A stretch of DNA of 64,000 nt from Nitrosopumilus sp. (GCA_965203315.1 OZ241857.1:1248001-1312000); one strand, 5' to 3'. Shown: positions 41,001 to 51,690, counted from the first letter of the stretch. The notes: generated from the letters alone by a model not told the origin. Translations and numbers: made by a program.

Positions 41001-41397
41001 TTCTATGTTGGACAAGTTTGATATGCAGATAAGAAACGCCGAGATGATAGATGCTGTCAATACGTCCGAGATTGTATCTAATGTAATCTCTACACATCTT
41101 GTTCCTGATATCATGGGAAATCTACGATCATATGCCAGACAAAAGTTTCGTTGCACAAAATGTAGCAGATCGTATCGTAGGGTGCCACTTGTACAGCATT
41201 GTTATTGTGGTAATGCACTAATACCTACAATATCAAAGAGATCGGTAGAAAAGTACCTGAAACTTGCAAAACGATTAACAGACAAGTATGATGTAGGTAC
41301 ATATCAGAAAGGAAGAATACAGACTCTCTCAGATGAGATCGAGTTGGTATTTGGCAAGAATCAAGGCGATCAATCTCTACTTACCGATTATACCTAA
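38032..41397 (+). CDS. polC: DNA polymerase D large subunit DP2
   Basis: AVRVGLAIVTEG, GPMRSAGGT, GGFRLRYGR, KRRDADGDADS, Cys clusters; no intein seen. Confidence 0.96.
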   Translation: MSQDDIVSRIQDIPMPDYYLQYYDDLSSGTSTIFEKARAAKSSLVDSSDTIEPKMAFDLADRVAKMHEIDIAEPLRNLLKEKPKELTALTLAKEIALGKYSDADTPMEERLDLAVRVGLAIVTEGVTIAPLQGINEVKIKKNKDGSEYLSVSIAGPMRSAGGTESAVTMLIADYVRKAVGLAKYQANSFDDETGRFVEELRIYEREASSFQFHILDEDIIHVISNIPVELDGVDTDPYEVVNHKSMARIKTDRVRGGALRVLNDGLIGRSKKLLKRIEMYNLDGWAWLNDLKGAVQTANQEDAATKRMKEVITGRSVLSMPNKLGGFRLRYGRACNTGFAAVGLHPVIAEILDHTVAVGTQIKIDIPGKGATVAFVDSIETPTVLLKDGSVVRIRDVKHGIEIKHSIKRILHLGDILISFGDFLENNAQLVPTGYVEEMWVEELRAKIDGQSTDTARYLTETPSLDTALSISHNLKMPLYPQFLYFWDMITPTDLGKLLEPTKTDSDTIWYDIQYKSILERLGVPHIVRDASLVLQGIDAKIFWNLILRVKPKINDDTVPNIITASSGIEIRPKFSTSIGVRIGRPEKAAPRQMKPPTHVLFPVTDKGGPSRDILKAARTEHFFTNIFSRTCPKCNASSIGIKCTMCDIETVVLKTCQVCRNETTDSYCQRCKRNTIAHSYREFPLKSKLLSAQQLVEIRAQEPLKGVKDLISQDKIAEPLEKGIIRQKFGLTIFKDGTTRFDATNSPLTQFKPAWIGTSISKLYDMGYTHDIDGKRLDDPEQIVELRMQDVIIPYESGRYLVAVCKYVDQLLTKFYKHSAFYNVKDIDDLVGHLIVGLAPHTSVGIVGRIIGYTETHVCFGTPNWHSAKRRDADGDADSIMLLMDILLNFSRLFLSDRIGGLMDAPLLVQPLVLPHESQPQAHNLEVVKNFPLEFFTNTFEQIKASAVRSVDVIKSRLDSEQQFCDYHFTHKTSTLTTTKSRSAYSTLGSMLDKFDMQIRNAEMIDAVNTSEIVSNVISTHLVPDIMGNLRSYARQKFRCTKCSRSYRRVPLVQHCYCGNALIPTISKRSVEKYLKLAKRLTDKYDVGTYQKGRIQTLSDEIELVFGKNQGDQSLLTDYT

Positions 41398-41414
41398 AGA
41401 CGTAAACGCTATAC

Positions 41415-42737
41415 CTAACGCAACTTGATATACTCGTAGGCACCTAACTTTTGATCGAAACAAAACTTGACTTTTTGATAGTCTCTTCTAAATGATCTGA
41501 CTTTGCTCAACACTCGTTTTGGGTCTTGTTTGTCGATGATGACACATTTGATATAGGACGCGATCTCTCTCATCTCAGACTCTTTCATTCCCAATCTAGT
41601 TATCTCTGATACTCCTAAACGTATGCCACCCGGATGGAAGTAATTTCGCCCTGCTTTGATATCACCTGGAATCAACTGTCTGTTTACTATGATGTTCGCC
41701 TGTTCCAAGTCAGCTTCAACTTTACCACCATCAGAATAGTCCAAGACGTTTACTGCAATCTGGTGCGACTCTGTAAATCCACGATTTGATCCAAGTACTT
41801 TAAAACCAGCAGCACTTAGTGCTTCTGCTAGAGCCTTTGCGTTCTTTAGTACTTGATCTGCATATTTACGTCCAAACTCTAACGCTTCTGCAAACGCGAC
41901 GGCCTTTGCTGCTACGTGATGTATATGATGGCTACTAGTTAAGCCAGGAAAGATCGCTTTTTTGATCGACTCTTCATGCTCTGACGATCCCAACACAAGT
42001 CCTCCTTGTGGTCCAAATAATGTCTTGTGTGTACTCATTGTCATTGTATCTGCACCCTCTCTTAATGGATCCTGAAATCGTCTACCTGCTATCAGACCTG
42101 CTACATGTGCGGCATCATAATTGATATGTATTTTATAACTCTTCATAAAATCTGATAACTCTTTTACAGGATGAGGAAAGAGAAACAACGAGCCACCAAA
42201 CATCGCCAACCTTGGTAGTCGTCCCTCTCGCTTGAGAGTTTTGATCTTCTTTTTTGTTGCATCGATATCGATGGTCATCTCTTGTGCATCAAATGGATAA
42301 AACTCGATCTCTAGTCCATGAACTAATCCAGCTGTTCCAGAATGCTCCTTCTTTCCATGTGATATGTGACCTCCTGCTGGAATTGATGGTGCAATCATCA
42401 CATCGCCTGGATCGGTAAATGCTGAATAGACAGCTAGATTCGCAACAACGCCAGAGATCGGTCTAACATCTGCAAACTTGGCTCTATACAACTTTGTAGC
42501 CAACCGCATACACTCAAACTCGACATTGTCGATGAACGTACAACCTGCATACACTCGCTCACCAGGCCAGCCTTCGGCATATCTGTTCCCAAAGTCTGAT
42601 GCTATCGCCTCACGTACAGCTGGACTAGGTACATTCTCACTTGCAATTAGTGGAATCGAGTCTGCAAACCACTTGTGATGATCTCTGAGATTCTTAAAGA
42701 TCATATCATACGACTTGCGGTTATCAGGCTTTACCAT
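41415..42737 (-). CDS. glyA: Serine hydroxymethyltransferase
   Basis: LIASEN, YAEGWPGERVYAG, GGHISH, STHKTLFGPQGG. Confidence 0.95.
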   Translation of the reverse strand: MVKPDNRKSYDMIFKNLRDHHKWFADSIPLIASENVPSPAVREAIASDFGNRYAEGWPGERVYAGCTFIDNVEFECMRLATKLYRAKFADVRPISGVVANLAVYSAFTDPGDVMIAPSIPAGGHISHGKKEHSGTAGLVHGLEIEFYPFDAQEMTIDIDATKKKIKTLKREGRLPRLAMFGGSLFLFPHPVKELSDFMKSYKIHINYDAAHVAGLIAGRRFQDPLREGADTMTMSTHKTLFGPQGGLVLGSSEHEESIKKAIFPGLTSSHHIHHVAAKAVAFAEALEFGRKYADQVLKNAKALAEALSAAGFKVLGSNRGFTESHQIAVNVLDYSDGGKVEADLEQANIIVNRQLIPGDIKAGRNYFHPGGIRLGVSEITRLGMKESEMREIASYIKCVIIDKQDPKRVLSKVRSFRRDYQKVKFCFDQKLGAYEYIKLR

Positions 42738-42789
42738 AAGTCCAAGAATATACCTCCGACTTAAAAACACTTTCAAATTATTAAAACAT

Positions 42790-43316
42790 CTGACGTTAAC
42801 GGTCTTTGGTGATTGTTAGATCTCTGTCTCTGAATGGTAAAGTTGTACAAAAGATATGATGATCTTGTTAACATACCATGTGCAGAAAAAGTTTACATTA
42901 GTATCTATCCATCAAGACTATTCTTGACTAGTATCTGGTAATGCCCAGACAAGGCTATTTAGAAAAGCTAAACGAGTTGCAAAGACAGTACCAAAAATAT
43001 TAGTATCTGATTCATCACGTTCATTTGCTAAAGCATTTAGAAAAGAATTCCTTGAGAAAAATCCTACAAACAAATATGTCAAACATAGAAAAGTGTTTTA
43101 ATGTATGGCTCCAAGACAATTTTAAAGTACAGAGGTATGAAAAAATCGGACAGTACAATTATTTCTGGAATGATGATAACTCGAAATTTTATTACACGGC
43201 ATATGGGTTTAGACTGTGAAATACCTTGTACCATGGCAGGAATTGTAATACTTGGAGACAAAGTGGAACACATTAATTCAAAATTCAAGTCTAAAAAAAT
43301 GATTTTTAAACTCTAG
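42790..43316 (+). pseudogene. Degraded IS6-like transposase remnant
   Basis: Fragments KTVPKILVSD, RGMKKSDSTIISG...NFI..HMGL....P..MAGI; multiple stops. Confidence 0.55.
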
Positions 43317-43460
43317 TTGATAAATAAACTCTAGTTTGATAAATATCCAACATATTGTTAATTTTGTGTTTGAATTTAGATGAAAACAATTTGAGAAATT
43401 TAGAAAATTTTGTTTGATAAAACCACCACCCGCCAAGTTTACAGAATCGTTGATTTTCGT

Positions 43461-43607
43461 CTAGCACCAACCTAGCGACTTGCCCCAATATATGATGTCA
43501 GTACCACCAAGATCACCATACCCACAAAATACATCAAGTCCGACCCAAGCCCAAAATGCAGCAGCTAGACCTAGAGGAACACACAATACAGCCAACCACG
43601 TCTTCAT
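43461..43607 (-). CDS. Small membrane/secreted peptide downstream of protease (not in ORF track)
   Basis: Manual translation MKTWLAVLCVPLGLAAAFWAWVGLDVFCGYGDLGGTDIIYWGKSLGWC* (48 aa), 18 bp after the protease stop. Confidence 0.45.
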   Translation of the reverse strand: MKTWLAVLCVPLGLAAAFWAWVGLDVFCGYGDLGGTDIIYWGKSLGWC

Positions 43608-43625
43608 CTTTCAACATTCCTACAT

Positions 43626-44807
43626 CTAGTTCAATACCGGAGATACCCTCATATGTGCAGTTATTTGGTCAACTGGAGCATGATATCTGCCCCATACGTC
43701 ATGTGTAATGAGTATTCCATACAAGTTACCATTATCATCACGATCAAAGACAGTTCCACCACTATCTCCATGTCCTGCATGTATGTTTGATCTTACTAGG
43801 TGTTTTATATACTGTCCATAAATTATATCTATTACACTTACATTAATTGCCGACACGATACCGTGTTGGTAGCTACCAGTTAATTGACCTGATTTAGTGA
43901 TCCGATCATTTTGTTGTTGAGAAGCCTGTGTGATCTTTGTTACTGTGGGACTAATCGATTGCTGTTTATTTAGCTGTATGTATATTTTATTATCTACTAC
44001 TGTTGGGCTAGCAACGATAAATGCACAATCACATGAAGTTCCCCACTCGAATTTTTCTTCATATACAGTCCCAAGTACATTTCCATCAAAGTCCCTCACA
44101 AGAGAATTTCTACTACCATCAGCACAATGACCTGCAGTGATAAATCCCCACAAACTACCTCGTTTAGCCTGAAATCCATAACTACATGGTGCGTTTCCGT
44201 CAACTCTGATCTGATTACCTCCAATTACTGGGGTACATTTTTTTTGGTTACATGATATAGATTCTGCTACATCTGAATAAACTATGTGCCATGCTGTTTT
44301 AGGCATGAGTTGTTTTATTATATCGATTATAAAGTCTTCATTAGTTTTATTTACGATGTTTTGGTTTAATCCCACTTGAATCTCTTTACTATCAATATCT
44401 ATACCGATACTAGTAACAAATTCTAGTACTTTGGAGTCTAGCAATCTAGTTTCAAATATTTCTTGATCACCAATCAGCTTTTCTAAAAGTGCTTGTGGAA
44501 TGTCTCGTTGGTGAAGTTGTTTCTCAATTTCATCTACTTTTATCTCAATTTCATCGATCTTTTTCTGCATATATTTTTTGTCGGCACCATCTAGTTCAGA
44601 TTTGAGATCTCTTTCTAACTCATCTTTCTCCTTGTCGAGAGTGACTAGATCATTTAGTATCTTTTCTCGTTCAGCCTTGCTTTGTAATAGTTCTGGAGTT
44701 TTATCTTTAGGATTTCGTTCACCATCCATTTCTGCTAGACTAATAGTGGGAAATAACATAATTAAACCAACAAGTCCAAGCATAATTATTACATGCATTG
44801 TCTTCAA
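43626..44807 (-). CDS. Secreted chymotrypsin-like (S1) serine protease with coiled-coil pro-region
   Basis: Signal peptide; GFITAGHC, CDCAFI, HGDSGGTV. Confidence 0.85.
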   Translation of the reverse strand: MKTMHVIIMLGLVGLIMLFPTISLAEMDGERNPKDKTPELLQSKAEREKILNDLVTLDKEKDELERDLKSELDGADKKYMQKKIDEIEIKVDEIEKQLHQRDIPQALLEKLIGDQEIFETRLLDSKVLEFVTSIGIDIDSKEIQVGLNQNIVNKTNEDFIIDIIKQLMPKTAWHIVYSDVAESISCNQKKCTPVIGGNQIRVDGNAPCSYGFQAKRGSLWGFITAGHCADGSRNSLVRDFDGNVLGTVYEEKFEWGTSCDCAFIVASPTVVDNKIYIQLNKQQSISPTVTKITQASQQQNDRITKSGQLTGSYQHGIVSAINVSVIDIIYGQYIKHLVRSNIHAGHGDSGGTVFDRDDNGNLYGILITHDVWGRYHAPVDQITAHMRVSPVLN

Positions 44808-45013
44808 TACAACCTAGATATTAATAACCAATCCGTATCTTTGATACGCAAGTATTTTATAATAGGATTATTTCTGCTCAAAATCTCTGTTATTTTGAAT
44901 CGTCTATGGCGTGGTAATCTCTATTTAGTACTATGGCGAACGTTTTGGTGATTTGGCATAGATTTGTGGAGACATCAAACGATCAGATAGGCGTACAAAT
45001 TCTATTAATTTGC

Positions 45014-46114
45014 TGTGTAGTACAAAAAGTCGTTCACCCATAGCCAAATGGCTAGGTCAAGCAGACAATCCGAGTTGCAATGGAAATGAAGGTGTGTGGA
45101 TTCGCTCAGATCGGCGTTATATCGACATATTGCAAATAGAATCAATGAAACTAGATGAAACTAAAGTACGATACATCGTACTAGAGAAAAAGAAAGGAAC
45201 CAAGAATGCAATAATTGCAGAGCGGATGGACATATCGGTTCGCTGGATTCAAAAGATATGGGCTCGATACAAGAACATAAAACCAAGCCAGATAGTATAC
45301 CCAAAACCTATGGGCAGACCAAAGAAGAGTCTTCCAGGTAGACTAGAACACTCTACTATCTTGTATGCACACAAGCATTGTTATCTTGCCACAACACGTC
45401 TCAAAAGGCAGATAAAAAAGGCCACAGGAATAGATATCTCACACAATACCATATACCGCATATTGTAAGATGAATGTCTGTCTAGACGAGAACCAAAGAA
45501 GAGCCAACAACGCAAATGGGTACGATATGAGCATGAATTCACCAATTCACTATGGCATGCTGACTATAAACTACTAGATGACGGTAGATGGTTAATCGCC
45601 TATCTGGACGATGCTTCTAGGTTTATAGTTGGATACGGAGTGTTTGATCATGCAACAACAGAGAATGCACTTGCAGTATTAGATGCAGCAATCAAAAATC
45701 ACGGAAAACCAAAAGCAATACTCACAGATCGTGGAGCACAGTTCTATGCAAACAAGTCAGAGGTCAAGAAAAAGGGAATATCCAAATTTGAGATGAGACT
45801 GGCAGAACTGGGAATCAAACACATTCGTGCCAGAGTTGGACATCCACAGACCAATGGCAAGATAGAGAGATGGTTCGGTGAAGTTCAACACAAATTGCCT
45901 TTGCAGCAATTATGCAGAGTCAGTGATCCAGTAGACCTATTCGTACACAACTACAATTACGAACGACCGCACATGTCTCTTGGAAAAGGTGGGTACGAGA
46001 CGCCACATGAAGCATTTAATCGAAAAATGCCAAAAGAAGGAACAGTTATTGACGAGTCGTCAGGAGATGAACATCATGTCAAATGAAGGGGTGAACGACT
46101 TTTCATATCCCACA
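45014..46114 (+). mobile_element. IS481-family element
   Basis: TGT-starting imperfect TIRs tgtgtagtacaaaaagtcgttcaccc / gggtgaacgacttttcatatcccaca. Confidence 0.85.
45145..46086 (+). pseudogene. IS481 transposase with in-frame TAA at 45466..45468
   Basis: HTH N-terminus; after the stop the same frame continues WVRYE...LWHADY...YLDDASR...ILTDRGAQF...HPQTNGKIER. Confidence 0.85.
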
Positions 46115-46614
46115 CAACTCATTGGATAGTAATTGTTAATAACCTTGGATTTTAAAATAACATATGATCAAAGAGAGTACTGTTAAGCGAGCTCTAATTT
46201 CATTTACTATAGGAATATGGGTTCTTACTATCAGTTATGTAGTTGTCGGAATATATCTAAAATACGGAACATGTGCGATAAATATTTTGGAGACGTGTTA
46301 GTCTATGATTGTCTAGTAATAATCTTATGGTGTGTTACACATAACATGTCAAATGAAGGGGTGAACGACTTTTCATATCCCACACAACTCATTGGATAGT
46401 AATTGTTAATAACCTTGGATTTTAAAATAACATATGATCAAAGAGAGTACTGTTAAGCGAGCTCTAATTTCATTTACTATAGGAATATGGGTTCTTACTA
46501 TCAGTTATGTAGTTGTCGGAATATATCTAAAATACGGAACATGTGCGATAAATATTTTGGAGACGTGTTAGTCTATGATTGTCTAGTAATAATCTTATGG
46601 TGTGTTACACATAA
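46075..46614. repeat. Tandem duplication of 270 bp including the IS481 right end
   Basis: 46075..46344 matches 46345..46614. Confidence 0.9.
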
Positions 46615-46626
46615 AATACTAATTAT

Positions 46627-47524
46627 GAATAGGCCTACTGGATCACTGACTCTGCATAATTGCTGCAAAGGCAATTTGTGTTGAACTTCACCGAACCATC
46701 TCTCTATCTTGCCATTGGTCTGTGGATGTCCAACTCTGGCACGAATGTGTTTGATTCCCAGTTCTGCCAGTCTCATCTCAAATTTGGATATTCCCTTTTT
46801 CTTGACCTCTGACTTGTTTGCATAGAACTGTGCTCCACGATCTGTGAGTATTGCTTTTGGTTTTCCGTGATTTTTGATTGCTGCATCTAATACTGCAAGT
46901 GCATTCTCTGTTGTTGCATGATCAAACACTCCGTATCCAACTATAAACCTAGAAGCATCGTCCAGATAGGCGATTAACCATCTACCGTCATCTAGTAGTT
47001 TATAGTCAGCATGCCATAGTGAATTGGTGAATTCATGCTCATATCGTACCCATTTGCGTTGTTGGCTCTTCTTTGGTTCTCGTCTAGACAGACATTCATC
47101 TTACAATATGCGGTATATGGTATTGTGTGAGATATCTATTCCTGTGGCCTTTTTTATCTGCCTTTTGAGACGTGTTGTGGCAAGATAACAATGCTTGTGT
47201 GCATACAAGATAGTAGAGTGTTCTAGTCTACCTGGAAGACTCTTCTTTGGTCTGCCCATAGGTTTTGGGTATACTATCTGGCTTGGTTTTATGTTCTTGT
47301 ATCTGACAAACAATTTTTGAACCCAACGAAGAGTTCTTGGTTCCTTTGCTCTTTTCTCGTACAATGTATTGTACTTTTTGTTGATCTAATTTACTCATTC
47401 TTCGAATTCGCTTCTTGCCTACATATTTCCACCTCTCATCATAGCTGCGTACACGCTTTTGACTGGATCTGGAACTTGCGCCTACACTCTTGATTGAGGG
47501 GCGAACTACTTTCCGGATCTTACA
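46627..47524 (-). mobile_element. Inverted, 3'-truncated chimeric IS481 copy
   Basis: 46627..47303 is a near-identical reverse complement of 45266..45942; divergent 5' part (MSKLDQQKVQYIVREK) and TIR tgtaagatccggaaagtagttcgcccc starting at 47524. Confidence 0.8.
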
Positions 47525-47577
47525 GTTACCAGAACCGATCTGTAAGATATAAAAAGGGAATTTTCTCCAGCGTAAAT

Positions 47578-49290
47578 ATGACAATGCAAGCAACATCGAA
47601 AGGTACGATGCCTGTTGTATTACTAAAAGAAGGCGGATCTGAGACCAAGGGTCGTGATGCTCAAAAGAACAACATTGCTGCATCAAAGATTATTGCCGAG
47701 ATCGTTCATACCAGCCTTGGTCCACGAGGTATGGACAAGATGCTTGTAGACTCACTAGGAGATGTTACAATTACAAATGATGGAGCAACAATTCTGAAAG
47801 AGATCGATGTTCAACACCCAGCTGCAAAGATGTTGGTAGAGATATCAAAGACTACGGACAACGAAGTCGGTGATGGAACCACATCAGCTGTAGTATTGGC
47901 AGGTGCTCTACTAGAGAACGCCGAATCGCTCATCGATCAGGATGTTCACCCCACAATTATCGTTGATGGGTATAGAAAGGCGGGAAAGATGACTAAGAGT
48001 TTTCTTGAAGAGATCGCCGACGAGATATCGCCTAACAATAAGGATATTTTGACAAAGATCGCCAAGACCTCAATGCAGACCAAACTAGTCAGAAAGGACT
48101 CGTCACAACTAGCAGATATTATCGTAGACTCTGTTTTGGCAGTATCTGAGAGTGATGGTGAGACGAGTAGTGTTGATATAGATGATATCAAAGTTGAGAA
48201 GAAGGCTGGTGGTTCGATCAAAGACTCTATGATCATTCAAGGAATAGTCTTAGACAAAGAGATCGTTCATGGTGGTATGCCAAGAAAGATTACCGACGCA
48301 AAGATTGCGTTGATCAATACTGCACTAGAGATAAACAAGACCGAGACCGACGCAAAGATCAATATCTCTAATCCACAGCAATTAAAGTCATTTTTAGATG
48401 AAGAGAATCGAATGTTAAAGACTATGGTTGACAAAGTGATGGCATCTGGTGCCACAGTTGTCTTGTGTCAGAAAGGAATAGATGACATGGCGCAACACTA
48501 TCTAGCAAAGGCTGGAATTATAGCCGTGAGGAGAATAAAAGAGAGTGATCTCACAAAACTGGCTAGAGCTACTGGCGCACGAATCGTTACAAACTTGGAT
48601 GATCTATTTGAAAAAGATCTTGGAACAGCTGATCTAGTAGAAGAACGAAAGATAGAGGAGGACAAGTGGGTCTTTGTAGAGGGATGTAAACACCCTAAAT
48701 CTGTAACACTACTACTCCGTGGTGGTTCACAACGAGTAGTCGATGAAGTAGAACGTTCTGTTCATGATGCATTAATGGTTGTAAAGGACGTGATCGAGCA
48801 CCCATCCATCGTAGCTGGTGGTGGAGCTCCTGAGACCTTTGCTGCAACTAAACTACGCAATTGGGCCAAGTCATTAGAGGGTCGTGAACAATTAGCTGTT
48901 GAAAAGTTTGCTGACTCTTTAGAGTCTATTCCACTAACTCTTGCAGATAATGCAGGAATGGATCCTATAGATACATTGACCCAACTCCGTTCAAAGCAGA
49001 TAAAGGGCGAAAAATGGACTGGAATCGATGTCATGAAAGGCAAGATTGCTAGTATGAATTCTAGTGATATTATAGAACCACTAGCTGTTAAACTTCAAGT
49101 CGTCTCTGCTGCTACTGAAGCTGCATGTATGATACTACGAATTGATGACGTTATTGCGACACAAAAATCTGCCGGCGGTCCACCAGGAGGAGCTGAAGGT
49201 GGAATGCCACCAGGAATGGGTGGCATGGGCGGCATGGGTGGAATGCCACCAGGAATGGGTGGCATGCCAGACATGGGCGGCATGATGTAA
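47578..49290 (+). CDS. ths: Thermosome (group II chaperonin) subunit
   Basis: [30 protein letters not shown]-rich tail. Confidence 0.96.
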   Translation: MTMQATSKGTMPVVLLKEGGSETKGRDAQKNNIAASKIIAEIVHTSLGPRGMDKMLVDSLGDVTITNDGATILKEIDVQHPAAKMLVEISKTTDNEVGDGTTSAVVLAGALLENAESLIDQDVHPTIIVDGYRKAGKMTKSFLEEIADEISPNNKDILTKIAKTSMQTKLVRKDSSQLADIIVDSVLAVSESDGETSSVDIDDIKVEKKAGGSIKDSMIIQGIVLDKEIVHGGMPRKITDAKIALINTALEINKTETDAKINISNPQQLKSFLDEENRMLKTMVDKVMASGATVVLCQKGIDDMAQHYLAKAGIIAVRRIKESDLTKLARATGARIVTNLDDLFEKDLGTADLVEERKIEEDKWVFVEGCKHPKSVTLLLRGGSQRVVDEVERSVHDALMVVKDVIEHPSIVAGGGAPETFAATKLRNWAKSLEGREQLAVEKFADSLESIPLTLADNAGMDPIDTLTQLRSKQIKGEKWTGIDVMKGKIASMNSSDIIEPLAVKLQVVSAATEAACMILRIDDVIATQKSAGGPPGGAEGGMPPGMGGMGGMGGMPPGMGGMPDMGGMM

Positions 49291-49310
49291 AAAGCTTTTT
49301 TTACAACCGT

Positions 49311-49604
49311 GTGGGCAATCGAACATTGATCAAACTCTCATCTAACACAATAACGAGCTTCAAGTATGTGTACATTATAGTATTCTTTGCATTACTATCT
49401 GGACTCTTTTATCCAATCATCAACAACTTTGGCTATGATAGATTGATCCAAGGTGTTGCCACTCTAATCTTGGGTCTAATTGGTGGGATCTTGGTATATC
49501 GATCAGCTACCAACAGATCATCAAGTTTTATCTTTTTATGCATAGGTCTGCTTTTAATTGGACTATCTCTAGCAATGATCTATGGAATGATCGGCGCACT
49601 CTAA
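49311..49604 (+). CDS. Small membrane protein
   Basis: Three hydrophobic helices. Confidence 0.65.
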   Translation: MGNRTLIKLSSNTITSFKYVYIIVFFALLSGLFYPIINNFGYDRLIQGVATLILGLIGGILVYRSATNRSSSFIFLCIGLLLIGLSLAMIYGMIGAL

Positions 49605-51061
49605 ACATCAAAGTATAGATAAAACTCGTGCGGATGTGGCCTGATCGAGATCTCGCGTTGATCTCTTCGTTCCAAATCTATTATCTTATCTAACACATCC
49701 TTTGAAAAAATAGGTAATAGAAACTTTCGATCACTCTCTAACTCGTCTAATGCCTCACCAAGACTCTTTGGTAGAACACCAATTCCTCGTTTCTTTCGAT
49801 CACTCTTTGTCATCTTGAATATATCATCACGAATCTGCTCACCAGGATCTATCTTTCGTTTTACACCGTCCATACCGGCAGATGTTATTGCAGCAAATGC
49901 CAAGTATGGATTTGATGATGGATCTGGCGCACGAAACTCTAGTCGTTTTAGGTGAGCATATCTTTCACCTTTTAGATGTTTTGGGACACGGACTATTGCC
50001 GAACGATTTCCAGAGCTCCATGCAATGTATGCTGGAGCCTCATACCCAGGAACTAATCGATGATACGAGTTGGTAGTGGGGTTACATATGGCAGATAATG
50101 CCTTTGCATGATTGATTATCCCACCGCAAAAGTATCTTCCAATCTGACTCAACTCATTCTCAGCATCTGGATCAAAAAAGTTGTTTCCTCCATCTTTCCA
50201 TAAACTCACATTGACATGCATTCCGGATCCGGAATCCATAGCGATGGGCTTTGGCATCATAGTTGCAACCTTGCCATATTTCTGCGCGACGTTCCTGATT
50301 ACATACTTGTACGTCTGTGCAGCATCAGCTGCATTTGTCAGATAGTCATATTTTATATCAATCTCACACTGTCCTGCAGTCGCAACCTCGTGGTGATGAT
50401 TGTCACACAGTATTCCAAAATTTCTATTCAATATATTGACACACTCGTTCCTATACGGAGTTAGTGTATCTGATGGTGTACTTGGATAGTATCCTTCTTG
50501 CAAACCCATCGGATAACCATTCCCCTCTTGACTCCATGGTGCTTCCTTTGATTCGATCGAGTACGACTGTCCTTTGTATGGCGTTAGAACATCCCAATTT
50601 ACTTTATCAAATACAAAAAATTCGACCTCTGGCCCCCACGTACTGTAATCGAACCCTTGACTCTTGATGTACTCTTCAGCTCTCTGCGAGATGCCTCTAG
50701 GATCTCGCGATAGGCGACCACGATCCTCGCCCCAATACACATCACACAACAATCTTGCAGTCTTGTTCTCTGTCATCCATGGTATTACAGCAAACGTATT
50801 TGGATCGGGTTTTAAGATCAGATCAGAGTCATCGATACTAGTAAACCCAACTATAGATGAACCGTCTAGTTTGGGTAGACCATCTCGCATCTGTTCTGGT
50901 GTAAATGTATCTGCCGAGATGGTTGTATGATGAAAGTGACCAGTAAGGCCTGTAAACTGAAGATCAATAAACCTGATGCCCTCGTGCTGTATGATCGAAA
51001 ATACCTCGTCAGGAGAGTATGTGACTTGGATAGCTTTACCATCACTAACTTTATACGGCAT
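49601..51061 (-). CDS. glnA: Glutamine synthetase type I
   Basis: DGSSI.GF, HHHEVATAGQCE, MPKP...SGSGMH, RLVPGYEAP, NRSAIVRVP, EFRAPDP. Confidence 0.96.
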   Translation of the reverse strand: MPYKVSDGKAIQVTYSPDEVFSIIQHEGIRFIDLQFTGLTGHFHHTTISADTFTPEQMRDGLPKLDGSSIVGFTSIDDSDLILKPDPNTFAVIPWMTENKTARLLCDVYWGEDRGRLSRDPRGISQRAEEYIKSQGFDYSTWGPEVEFFVFDKVNWDVLTPYKGQSYSIESKEAPWSQEGNGYPMGLQEGYYPSTPSDTLTPYRNECVNILNRNFGILCDNHHHEVATAGQCEIDIKYDYLTNAADAAQTYKYVIRNVAQKYGKVATMMPKPIAMDSGSGMHVNVSLWKDGGNNFFDPDAENELSQIGRYFCGGIINHAKALSAICNPTTNSYHRLVPGYEAPAYIAWSSGNRSAIVRVPKHLKGERYAHLKRLEFRAPDPSSNPYLAFAAITSAGMDGVKRKIDPGEQIRDDIFKMTKSDRKKRGIGVLPKSLGEALDELESDRKFLLPIFSKDVLDKIIDLERRDQREISIRPHPHEFYLYFDV

Positions 51062-51110
51062 TTCGCTTCAAACAAACACAAATAATACCAAGATTTAAGC
51101 ATATACTAAA

Positions 51111-51659
51111 ATGCCTGAGACAAAGATGGATATCAACTCACTGTATAATCTAGTTCTACGAGAGACGGAGAGCGACATACTGACAGAGTTGGACTCTGAC
51201 TTTTACCAAGTTCTCGCAGCCTTTATCGGTGATCTACACAAGCAAGAGTATGATGGAGTCGAGAGTAAGATAAAGGACAGGCTGATCGAGATGGCTACAG
51301 AACTAACACGACTGCTTTTAAAATTTCGACTCGAAAAGGCTACATTACAAGGTCAAACTTTGAGTCTACTAGATGAGGAGAAATACATTCTAGATTCACA
51401 TGAGCAACAACTAGAACGAACTGAGAAGATACTCAATGCCACAATACAAGGCAAGTCCAAGTTTCTTGCCATGATCTCAAACAGACATAGAACAAAAAAG
51501 ATGACTGTTAGATTTTTACAAGACGTGGATGAACTAGTAGGAGCTGATCTTGAAAAGTATGGACCATTCAAAGCTCAAGACGTTGCCACGATCCCATACG
51601 AGAACGCACATGCTCTATTTACAAAAGACGCTGCAATAAAGATAAACTGGGAAGACTAG
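51111..51659 (+). CDS. GINS complex subunit (Gins15/Gins51)
   Basis: DFY...RLEK helical A-domain; VRFLQDVDELVGADLEKYGPFKAQDVATIPYENA B-domain. Confidence 0.85.
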   Translation: MPETKMDINSLYNLVLRETESDILTELDSDFYQVLAAFIGDLHKQEYDGVESKIKDRLIEMATELTRLLLKFRLEKATLQGQTLSLLDEEKYILDSHEQQLERTEKILNATIQGKSKFLAMISNRHRTKKMTVRFLQDVDELVGADLEKYGPFKAQDVATIPYENAHALFTKDAAIKINWED

Positions 51660-51690
51660 CTAAAAATTATACCACAAATAATCTAGTACA

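Noticed and set aside
38032-41397. Possible intein in PolD DP2
   Set aside because: Length (1121 aa) is normal and no intein motifs are visible
46217-46684. Duplicated 60-65 aa ORFs (MGSYYQLCSC...)
   Set aside because: Arise from the 270-bp duplication; no evidence they are coding
47494-47577. N-terminal extension of thermosome ORF
   Set aside because: Overlaps the IS481 end and the TATA box; true start is ATG 47578 or 47584
49195-49290. Repeated [10 protein letters not shown] sequence
   Set aside because: Normal chaperonin C-terminal tail
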